Source: Azolla caroliniana (taxonomy: Eukaryota; Plantae; Polypodiophyta). From it: a DNA stretch of 64,000 nt. A model generated the notes under the pieces. The model had not been told where the DNA came from, did not search any database, and worked only from the letters and a program-made list of their open reading frames with translations. The translations under genes and the position numbers were made by a program. This document shows, one piece after another, positions 11,662 through 22,715 of the stretch (positions within the stretch are counted from its first letter, which is position 1; every line of letters starts with the position of its first letter). The stretch covers positions 372,001 to 436,000 of the forward strand of contig JBHGNT010000022.1 in the NCBI GenBank assembly GCA_043228905.1, written 5' to 3'.

Positions 11662-13822
11662 ATGGACGATTCGTTGGGAGGCATGTTCAAGCTCACCGAC
11701 TCCAACTATTCAGTGTGGAAGTCGAAGATGAGGGACATCCTTGTGGTTAAAGATCTTTGATTGTCGGTTCAGTTCGGGGACAAGAGACTGGACAAAATCG
11801 ATGCCACGATATGGGAGGTGATGCACATGAAGACAACGGCATACATACGGTACTTCATCGACATGAGTCTATACAACAACTTCAATGAAGAGAGCAAGGC
11901 TCATGAGATCTGGGAGAAGATCGGCATTATGTTTCAGAACAAAAATGTTGTTAATCAGGTTTCGGTATTTCGAAAGCTAGTAAGACTCCAATACCAAGAT
12001 GGCTCCAGCATGGTGGAGCACATGAATGCCTTCCAGGGGCTGATCCACCAAGCAAAATCATTGGAAGTACCTCTCACCGATGAGGTACTACCACTACTCC
12101 TGCTCGGTTCCCTCCCAGATAGCTGGGAGACGTTGGTTGTCACTTTGGGCAACGCCGGGCCGGAAGGGAAACGGTTATCCCTGGCAAGAGTGAAGTCGAG
12201 CTTGCAAGATGAGGAGGCGCGTCGGAAAGATAAGGATACGAGCTCCGACTCCAAAGCGCTCCTTACCGAATCGGAACGTGGAAGACAAAGGAATCGTACT
12301 CCCCAGAACCGAGAAAAGTCGGGGGCACGATCAAAGTCAAGGGGGAGGCCTACCTGCTTCTATTGAGGCAAGCCGAGACACTTCCAGAAGAACTGTCGGC
12401 ACTTCCGAAAAGACAAGGAAACTGATGGTACCGATTCGAAGCGGACACCGGATTAGAACGGTAAAGACCGGAGGGGAACGGACCAGAAGGGAACAACGGC
12501 AATCACAGCAAGTGAAGAAGAGTTGATGCTCATCACCGTGGAGAGTGAGCTAAACCTTGCCGGCGACGAGATCACCTGGGTGGTCGACTCCGGAGCGTCA
12601 TTCCACCTTACCCCAGACCGGAAATGCTTCTCATCCTACTCAGTCGGTGATCACGCTTGTGTCCAGATGGGGAATGAAGGTACATGCCGAATTGTCGGCA
12701 TAGGAGATGTGTGGTTGACAACACCAACCAGATGCAAGTTGCTGCTAAAGGATGTCCGACACGTTCCGAAGGTTCGTTTGAACCTGATATCAGCCGGTCG
12801 GCTAGATGATGAAGGCTACACGGGTCGGAACAGTGTTATGAAGTTCAACAAAGGGAGCCTGATTGTGGCTCGGGCCCGGAAGGTCAACACGTGTACCTTA
12901 TGAATGCCCGGTTATGCCCAGAAGAAGTGAACGTGGCTTCCGACACTGTCGGTGAGCTGTGGCACAAGAGGTTGTGTCACATGAGCGAGAAGGGGATGAA
13001 GAGGCTTGCAGACGACAACCTCATTCCAGTGAAGAACGTGAACCTGGAGAAGTGCACTGATTGTCTGGCCGGTAAACAAAACCGGACCTCCTTCCGATCG
13101 AGGCCACCAATGAGAGGTAATGCACCACTGGAGTTGGTGCATACTGATGTATGTCAAGTGGACACGAAGTCACATGCCGGATCACAGTACTTCATGATGT
13201 TCATAGATGACCACAGCCGGAAGTTGTGGGCCACACCGTTGAAGACGAAGGATCAGGTGCTATCCGTCTTCAAAGAGCTCCAAGCGAGAGTGAAAAGAGA
13301 AACCGACCGGAAGCTGAAGGCGGTTCGAGCAGATAATGGAGGTGAATACTGGGGGCAGTTCGAGGAGTATTGTCATTCAATGGGAATCCGGCTCGAATTT
13401 ACCATGCCGAAGACGCCGGAACTAAACGGGATGTCCGAGAGGATGAACAGGACCATAATGGAGAGGGTCCGGAGTATGTTGGCGCATGCAAAATTACCCA
13501 AGAAGTTTTGGGCTGAGGCACTGTCGACGGCGACATATGTGATAAACAGATCACCCTCAGTACCCTTGGACGGAGACACACGGCAGAGAGTATGAACCGG
13601 TAAGGAAGTGTCCTACCGGCATCTGAAGGTGTTCGGGTGTCTCGCATACGTGCATGTTGCTAAGGACCGGAGAGGAAAGTTGGTTCCAAAGACCCGGCCA
13701 TGCATATTCCTCGGATACGGCGATGATGAGTTCGGCTACCGAGTGTGGGATCTGGTTGACAAGAAGGTATTTTGGAGTTGAGATATTATCTTCATGGAGG
13801 ACAAGACGCTCGCCGACTGCAA
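11662..13822 (+). pseudogene. Copia gag-protease-integrase (decayed)
   Basis: NYSVWKSKM gag start, LLLLGSLPDSWE, WVVDSGASFH protease, LWHKRLCH, LELVHTDVC, RADNGGEY, FWAEA. Confidence 0.92.
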
Positions 13823-14435
13823 GGTTGTGTACATCAAGCTCCCGACGACATAGGCATATGGAACCTTCATCATATCAGCCTTCTCTGCTTTCGTCTTTGG
13901 GCTTTGCTTACCGGATAATCTGTAGTTTGCCGGGAGTGTCAATCTGACTGGTTTTGCTTCTAACATGTTGAACCGCTGAAGCACCTTTGTCACGTATTTC
14001 TCCTGTGACAACCACAATTGCTTCTTTGACCGGTCCCAGATGATGTGCATCCCCAGCATCTGTCTTGCCGGACCCAAGTCTTTCATTGCAAAAGTTCGAT
14101 TAAGAGCCTTCTTCAGCATCCGTATTTTGGCTTGGTCCCGTCCGACGATCAACATGTCGTCCACGTACAGAAGGAGTATCAAGAAGTCGCCTCCTTTGAA
14201 CTTCTTCACAAACATGCAATGATCGGCCTGCGTCTTGTGGTACCCTTGATCGGTCATGAAGGAGTCGAACTTCTGGTACCATTGTCGGGGAGCTTGCTTC
14301 GGTCCGTACATGCTCTTCTTCAACCGGAAAACCAGGTGCTCCTTCCCTTTCTCCACGAATCCTTCCGGTTGCTGCATGTAGATCTCCTCTTCGAGGTCAC
14401 CGTGAAGGAATGCCGTCTTCACGTCCAACTGCTCT
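13823..14435 (-). pseudogene. Copia reverse transcriptase fragment, inverted relative to its element
   Basis: ORF 13736..14428: DVKTAFLHG, KQAPRQWY, LLLYVDDML on the minus strand while gag/INT are on plus. Confidence 0.9.
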
Positions 14436-14946
14436 ACCTAGGGAAAACTTAATAGTGATGATGATATAGTTATTGGTGTAACGACTGTACAGAGAGAGAG
14501 ACAGAGAGAGCGATACAGAGGATGTCTCTGTTGTAACCGCCGCTAGGCGAAGATTGTGAGCAAGAGGTCGTTGCCTCTGTGCTCCCTGTTGTATTACTTT
14601 ATAGAGTGATATTTTGGAGTCTGTGGACTCCCGTGGTTTTTTCCCTCTCAGGGTTTTCCACGTTAATATCCTATGTATTCTCTTTCTATTTTGTTGACTT
14701 ACCTCCATTCCCATTTCGTCTGTGTTTTGATTGTCATCAAGTGATCTACACTTCGGTTGTGGCCGGAGATTAATGCACATATTTCACGTCAATTCTTTTC
14801 TTTAGCAATCCATATAAAGGCTCGGCGACATGAGCGTACTCCAGAATTAAGATATGATAAAATGCACATGCTCCAAGGAACCTTCGAACCTCTGTTTGGT
14901 TTACGCATTCTTCTTTCATATCCTGGATCGCGTTCACCACGGATGG

Positions 14947-15385
14947 TGTTGTCCGCCGGAATAGTAACCGACAGACAAGAGCGTAGGAATAAGAAATAAT
15001 ATAAGATCATAACGCATGTAACGGTTCACGCAGGAAGCGTGAACGGCTAAATAGACCATGCGTATATAAAGGACAGAAAACCTCTGATAGAGGGAGCGTG
15101 TAATTTTGGGAATGTAAGAAACGTCTCATATTAGAATTCTATCTTCTGTGATTCTCTGTGTATAGCTACGGCTAATCTACTGTGTGTGTCTTGAAGACCT
15201 AATCGTGTAAGAACGTAAGTGTAACCCTTGCTAAGGATTCGGTTGTAGCCATCTCCCTTATACGCTGATAGGTTACAGGGAACATTCCCCTACACATTAC
15301 GCTTAGACGCCTATTCGTTGTTCCACACCCACTTGGAGGTCTAGGTCGAAGGACTGACCGCGGACCGTGTTCCTAATCGGCAACA
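14947..15385 (+). repeat. 5' LTR of element C
   Basis: Direct repeat of 31133-31571; TATATAAA near 15063. Confidence 0.93.
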
Positions 15386-18300
15386 CTTTTGGCATGCTTG
15401 GTGATCTGTGTCTTCTCACAGACGAGCAACAATGAATGGATGTTTAGCCACAGACGCCCCAGAGAACCAACACGACAAGCCTGGCCAATAACAAGGTCCG
15501 TCACACGCCAGGCAGAAGAACGCAAACGGCAAAAGCCTCGCCTCAGCAACCTCAGTACTACCTGCCATGAGTACAAAGGTGATTCTTCACTCTCCAAATA
15601 CCTCGACAAGACGCGGGGACTACGCTCACTACAACCACCCGGTGGTCTTTCCCGACCCGTCGTAGCCCCCACCATGGCCTTTTCCTACCCCCGCTTTAAC
15701 GGCGAAACCGATGCCGCAACTCATATTCGCATGTTCCTGAATGTCTGGAATGCGAACCACATGGCACAAAGCCTTACGGAGGCGGTAGCACAGCAGGCGA
15801 AAATGACGGAGTTCGGGTTAACATTAGATGGGCGAGCGGTGTTTTGGAATTCACAGATGGATTTACCAGCAATAACAACCTTTGATCAGCTACAGTCCAC
15901 TTTCTTGCGATTCTTCCATCAGAGGGTTCCATAATGCGAAATCCTCGGACAGTTTTATACGATTAAGCAACTGCCGACCGAGATGATAGCGGACTTCAGC
16001 TTATGTTTCCAAAATTTATGACGGAAACTGGAATGGAGCCCCGCGGAGGACGAGGCTCGGGAAACATTTCTGGCAGCTTTACGTCGGCCCATCCGGGCAA
16101 CGCTCAACAACAATAGCGTGAAAGGGGAAATGGCGGATATGGTAATTGAACGAGCGTTACAGCTCGAGTTGGATGACGAGGAGGAAAGGTTTTCTATGTC
16201 CTCCTTACGACATGCATTACCCCAGGATGAGGAACGCCAGTTTCGTCAAGCAATCCAGTGCACCATTTGCTTGAACTCGGGGCATTCTGCAGTGGAGTGC
16301 AATATGCGAATCCACTGCCCAATCTGCCACTCGAAGGCTCACACAGTCGACCAATGCGAATACAATATGTTAAACAGAGCCACTCCCGCAGTCCGCAGCA
16401 TGGACACACAACGTCAACCACACCAGACTGAACAAAGGAGGCAAGAAGGCCGACCACGGTATAAGGATCGCAACCCACGGGAGGACCGGCACTACCGGAA
16501 TCGCCGAAATCACAACGATTCTGAGGAGGACAAACCAGAGGATGAGGATTATCGTGGACATCCGAGTTACGCCAAAGGGGGTCGGCGCTACGAGAATCAC
16601 CGGCCGACAAACAAACGGGGCGGCTTCAATGGTTATCGTGGTAAGCCATGGCAGTATCGAGATCACCGGCGTTACGACGAAAGCTCGGGGGATGAAACGA
16701 CGGGATCAAAAGCAGCCACCGCATACGTTCCGACAAACGAGGCCGGACCGCGAGGAGCAAGTAGCACCAGGGGAGCGGCACACACCACCAGGAGCCAAGA
16801 AGGGTGAATCAAGCATCCATTGTTTTATTTGTCAACAACCCGAACATTATGCCACGCAATGTCCATCACGCAAGGGAAAGGGGCCCGCTGTCAATACGAT
16901 TACGGCAGAATTGCAGCAACTCACGACACGCCAGCAAACAAAAATGGTTGATTGGGCTGCGCAAGACGAGGCATGCCGAAAAGCCCAAGCGTGGGTGGAA
17001 AAAGCAAACGCGACAAATACGAAACGCATGCAAAAGGAGTCCGCGAACACAATGGAGCGAGCAGAGGACGAAAGACCAGTCCCAGACCCCATTTGGCAGG
17101 TGTTAGCGGGCTGTGAGATAACGTTAACCATGGAGAAACTGTTGCAGCTAGTCCCACGCTTCCGTCAGACCATGGAAGAATGGGTGACAGGCATACCTGG
17201 GGTGAGTATCACTACAAACCTTACATACGTTAGCAATGGACCGCCGGTAGTGGATCAGCACAACCCGGCTATTACATTAATATTACACGGACAGGAAATT
17301 CCTGGATGTGTAATCGACGGCGGCTCAGGCGTCAATGTAATTAGCGTGAAAACTTGCGAGCAGTTAGGCATTTCAGAATGGGAGGCTTGCCCATTCTAGC
17401 TCCGAATGGCAAACACCCGCTCAGTACGACCATTAGGGTTAATTCGCAAAATAGGCATTATCGTGGGCGGACACCGATTCAACATCTCAGCGGTCGTCCT
17501 CGCCTTGGACGCCCCAGGGGCGTACCCAGTGCTTCTAGGCAGACCATGGCTTCGGGCAACAAATATCAAGCAGAGCTGGCAACACAAGTGTATCAGTTTC
17601 TGACACGGACGCACCAAAGTTCACGTAACTACGGAAGGAAGCACGCCACAACCGAAGGGTATAACACCATTATACGCAGAAGATATAAATATGTTGGCTG
17701 GGGTGGAGGATGCCGAATTAGAGGCATACCTCGATGAGCACCCTCGGATTATTCCGCTGTTTGAAAGAGACGTCATCGCAACCGCGGCAAAATATGTCAT
17801 GGCCACTGTTCTCCATGACGAGCCTTACGAACCAAACCCAGAGTCCATATTGGAACTCAACAGAGCACAGGCGGCATTCGAAAGGGAAATGGAGATTTCA
17901 CGACGAGTCACCGCTTCCGCCCTCGAAGAAGTAAATATGGGTATGGAATCGGAGCCTCGTTTCCTCTCCATCGAGAAGGAATTAAGACCGGACCAGAGAA
18001 ACACGATGATCGCACTACTCACGGAATATAAGGATGTGTTTGCTTGGGCTCACGAGGACATGAAGGGGTTAGATCCCAACTTCTATCAGCATAAGATCAA
18101 TTTAGCAACCGACGCGAAACCCGTCCAGCAGCGCCGCTACCGCATGAACCCAAACTACGCGACCCGTGTGAAAGAAGAAATTGACAAGCTCTTGAAGGCG
18201 GGGTTCATACGACCAGTTAAACAAGCGACATGGTTAAGCCCGATAGTGGTCGTTCCAAAGAAAAATGGCAAAATACGGGTATGTGTAGATTACCAAAAAT

Positions 18301-18780
18301 TAAACGTCATCACCATTACGGATGCATTTCCCTTACCCTTCACCGATAGCGTACTGGACGCCTTCACAGGCCATGAGATGTACAGTTTATTAGATGGCTT
18401 CAGTGGCTATAACCAGGTACGCATGCATTCCGAGGACCAAGAAAAGACGGCATTTGTCACGGACTGGGGAGTGTATGTGGCAATCGTCATGATGTTCGGG
18501 CTAAAGACGGTGCCGGCAACATTTCAACGGACAATTACGGAGATCTTTGGGGAATACATTCCGGCGTTCATGCAAGTTTTTTTAGACGACTTTGCGGTAT
18601 ATGGGAGAACAATAGACCATTTTTCACACTTACAATTGTGCCTGGAACGTTGCCGCACCGCACGCTGAAGCCTGAATCCCGCGAAATGTGCTTTCGGCGT
18701 GACCAACGGGACTCTCCTAGGCCATATAGTCAGCAAGGAGGGAATAGCGGTTGACCCGAACAAAATCTCCGCGATTACGC

Positions 18781-19908
18781 TGTCGTGAAGATTTTCGGCA
18801 ATGGTGTAAAAATCATATAAAACGTACAAAATCAAGTGTCAATCATATAAAACAATAATAGTGAATATACTAATTCTAAGTAAGTTTAATAACTTAGTAT
18901 AAAATACGAAGATCTTGAAGAGGTGCACTTTACTACATAAGAAACGGACATCTAAGTGTCAACTTATGTGGGTAAGAAGTTGCGAAAGAAAAAGAGAAAA
19001 TTATGAGATATCCCACATAGACAGGACGAATAAGGCTCTCACCATATATAATGTGGAGCAAAAGTTATTATCTTTGTGTCTATGTGTGGAGTATAGAGAG
19101 TTCAAGGTAACTTGATTTAAGAGTGGAGGTGGCCTAGCTACTTGTAAAGGTTTTGGCCAACCAAAACCGGACTAGCGATGGAGTCGGTGATCCGGCGACA
19201 GCCGGCAAAGCGACGATGGCACACCGGCAACGTCATCCGACGAAGACGGAGCCGGCGAGCCGGTGGAACCGACATCCGACGGCATTCGGCGTCATCCGGC
19301 AATCGGCAACCAAATTAATAAATGAATATCACATATATATATACAAGGAAGGCAAGTGAGGATTCGAACCTTGCACCTTTTAGTTAAGAGTCAATAGGCT
19401 TACCACTCAGCCATGACATTTAATTGAATTTATATTTCTATCATTTTAGTTTTACATATAAATTCTCATACATGAGAGCTAAAATGAGTGACATGGTTAT
19501 CATGCACCACATGTAATACATGAGCGCCAAATGGCAAACATGCATTTTATGCATGTCTTGAACCCTCAAATGCATGAGGGCATCTATAAAAGAGGGAATG
19601 AAAAAGATCAAAGGGGGGATTTTTCTTAGAAAAAAAAGAAAGCTTTGTACTTTAAAATCAAAATTAATATTAAGAAGAAAATTTGTTATCCTTTTGATGA
19701 TATACCTTGTTCTTGAAATCTAAAGTCAAGAGTTCTTAATCTCTCTCTCAATCTAAAATCAAGCGTTCTATCTTATCTCAATCTCTCTCTCTTTCAATCT
19801 ATCTTAATTCCTTTCCCACTAAAGCTTGGGCAAACTTCGAGTCCTTCCAGTCCAAAACCTCGGCAGTTCCGTCTCACAATCCGCGCCTAGTGACGGATCT
19901 TCACGACA
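18781..19908 (+). mobile_element. Solo LTR of the element-A family (1128 bp)
   Basis: TGTCGTGAAGAT...ATCTTCACGACA (12-bp inverted ends); 4-bp TSD ACGC (18777-18780 / 19909-19912). Removing it restores AITQAKTPTNAK in C RT. Confidence 0.92.
19351..19413 (-). other. tRNA-Lys(CUU)-like degenerate sequence (Pol III box A/box B) inside the LTR
   Basis: Minus strand TGGCTGAGTGG...TTGACTCTTAAC...GGTTCGAATCC. No intact acceptor stem, so not a functional tRNA. Confidence 0.65.
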
Positions 19909-22228
19909 ACGCAAGCCAAAACTCCGACAAACGCCAAATCACTCAGCCGGTTTTAGGACAAATACGGTGGCATAGTCGGATGATACGGTATTTGGCGGAG
20001 TTCGCCACGCCGTTACAAGTTGTCGTACATCGGACTCCTTTCCAATGGACTGTAATGGAGGATAAGGCCTACAAGGCACTTAAGATAATGCTCACACAGG
20101 CTCCCGTTGTACAACCACCAATTTGGGCGAAGCCATTCCACGTGTTCGTCGACGCCTCGGACATAGCAATAGGAAGTGCACTAATGCAACTCACCGAACC
20201 AAGCTGGTACAGGCCAGTATACTACGTTAGTCGCAAATTATCAACAGTAGAGCGTAACTACTCCACAACGGAGCGGGAGGTGCTAGGGATGATCTATAGC
20301 ATCAATAAATTCCGACACTATTTATTAGGAAGGAAATTCACGTTCCACGTGGATCATTCGGAGCTATTGTATTTTGTGGAGAAACAAGCCCTGAAAGGGA
20401 AATTGGTGCAGTGGATGTTGCTGCTCCAGGAATTCGATTTCGTAATCCAACACCGACCAAGGACGCAACACGCAGTGGCGGATTTTTTGAGCAGACTCGA
20501 GAATGGAGAAACAGTACAGAAAGATGATGACGATTTTCCGGACGTCGATATCCTGCGGGTAGTGACACTAACAGAAAGAACGGAATCGACCTTTCCGGAC
20601 CAGTGGCTTATGGAAATGACGTACTTTTTTACTACGGGACTGCCTCCACCACAATTACGTACGGACGAGAAGAAACGACTAGCCGTCCGAAGACGTCACT
20701 TCTGCCTCGTCGAAGGCATTTTATATCACAAAGGAGGTGACGGCATTTGGCGACGTGGGGTACGACAGGATGAGAAGGAAGCTGTTTTACGGGAGGCACA
20801 CTGCGGCAGAAGGACGCATCCGCGTATTGTAGCCCGGAAGGTGTGGCAAGCAGCCTTATGGTGGCCAACAACACAGAAGGACGCATCCACGTATTGTAGA
20901 AAGTGTGATTTATGTCAACGGATGGGACAGCCCGCGGAGGGCGCAAAGATGCCACACCAGCCCGTATTACCGCTAGACCCCTTCCAAAAGTGGGGATTGG
21001 ATTTTGTGGGGCCCTTCACACCGGCGGCAGCCCGTATGGGCAATAAATACATATTGGTATCCACAGATTATTGCACCAAATGGGTAGAAGCAAAGGCACT
21101 ACGTGAAAATACGGCGGCCGTCACCGCAAGATTCCTTTACGAGCACATCTGGTGCCAGTTCGGCTGTCCGATTGAGCTTATCAGTGACTAGGGGAGCCAC
21201 TTTCTCAATACGGTTGTTCGAGAACTAACACATCATTACGCCGTAGTCCATAAGAAGAGTACGCCATATTATCTACAAGCGAATGGATTAGCAGAATCCA
21301 CCAACAAGACGTTGCAGACCATTTTGAAGAAAATCATCAATTAAAATGGAATGGACTGGGATACCAAACTACAAAGTGTGTTATGGGCGTACAGAACCAG
21401 CTACAAAACAAGCATACAATCAATGCCATTTCGACTAGCGTTTGGGCTGGAGGCTGTGATGCGGGTCGAATTTCAGGTACCTAGTTTGCGAATTCAGGTA
21501 CGGAACCGACTATCAGAAGCCAAGTCGGAGGAGGTATGGCTCCACCAACTCCTCGAACTAGGGGAAAAATGCGTCCAAAACATGGCTGTGTTGGAGCAGG
21601 AACAGCGATGGCGTAAAGCGTTTGTGGATCAACATCAGAACGCAAGGGAAAAGGAGTTCGTCGTGGGTCGAGCAGTGCTGGTTTTCCAAACTCGCATGGG
21701 CCATATGCTAGGGAAGTTACGATTCCGCTGGACCGGCCCATACTGGATAATTGGAGCGGAACAAGGCACGTTCCAACTAGGTACGTTGGCCGGGGAAGTA
21801 GTACGACGAAAGGTGAATGGGTTTCGCCTTAAACCTTACCTGGGCCCTACGCCACCTAACCCATTCACCGTCGGTCAGGACAAAGCCGGAGAACCCACGG
21901 CGTAAAGGGACGGCCCCACTTGTACCATAATGTAAAAATAGGTTGTATGTAACTATTACGTAAAAATAAAAAATAAAAAAGAGAAGATAGCGACACTATT
22001 AAAAGGACTAAATGCATGCATAGACTCCTAGTTCACGAACACGTGGCACCACGATGGCTCACCGCCCAATGAACCCTAAGCCACAAAAAGAAGGAAACAG
22101 AAGATTTTCTGCACAAAATAGAAACTCATCTTCTAGCTATTAGCGCTTCCATCGCTCCTCCCCCTCACCTTCTCCATCCTATCACACAGCTTCAACCCAC
22201 CGCAACCACCAATCTCCTTCCCACGAAC

Positions 22229-22661
22229 TGTTAACTCTTAGGGCCGGACAATGGCCTAACACAGGGTGTCTACGGAAGACACTTCACCAAAGGGGTGTTA
22301 CAGCATCAGGATTAGACTCAACGATTAATCCGACTTAATTAGGTTACTTAGCATGATCGTCCTTAATATTCACACGCATAAGATATAACAATGAATGCAG
22401 AACGGCAATTAACACAGAGAGATAACAACACTAAGCTTTATTAATTAACCGCTGCTCATTACATTGTATCCGGGCCTTTAAATAGGTTTCTGGTTTGTAA
22501 TACAAAACGGTGCCATCCGCACCTATTCGGGATCGGTCCGGATCCGGAACGGCATACCGATTCTGGTCCGTCTGTCCACACTCATAGCTTACTTACAACC
22601 ATTCCTAACAATTAAATAACTCCCTGTTTCACACTCTGGACTCCTTTGCCGGCCGGTAACA
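22229..22661 (-). repeat. 3' LTR of element D
   Basis: Near-identical to 28870-29302; inverted copy at 25181-25613. Confidence 0.93.
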
Positions 22662-22715
22662 CATGGCACGCCCGTGGGACAGTACCTTGTACGTCGAATC
22701 CACATCCGACCCTTG

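Larger units (their letters stand above)
10902..14791 (+). mobile_element. Ty1/Copia element with inverted RT fragment and truncated 3' LTR
   Basis: Perfect 5-bp TSD ATTCT (10897-10901 / 14792-14796). 5' LTR 10902-11630, iMet PBS TGGTATCAGAGC 11634-11645, partial 3' LTR 14436-14791. Confidence 0.92.
15432..21905 (+). pseudogene. gag-pol of element C (stops, frameshifts, solo LTR insertion in RT)
   Basis: CCHC knuckles, VIDGGSGVN protease, WLSPIVVVPKKNGKIRVCVDY, VFLDD, FVDASDIAIG RH, WGLDFVGP integrase, WTGPY. Start is approximate. Confidence 0.92.

Noticed and set aside
19351-19413. Functional tRNA-Lys gene
   Set aside because: No acceptor stem and weak arm pairing; kept only as a tRNA-derived module.
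18781-19908. DNA transposon (12-bp TIR)
   Set aside because: The same termini follow a PPT in element A, so it is a solo LTR.
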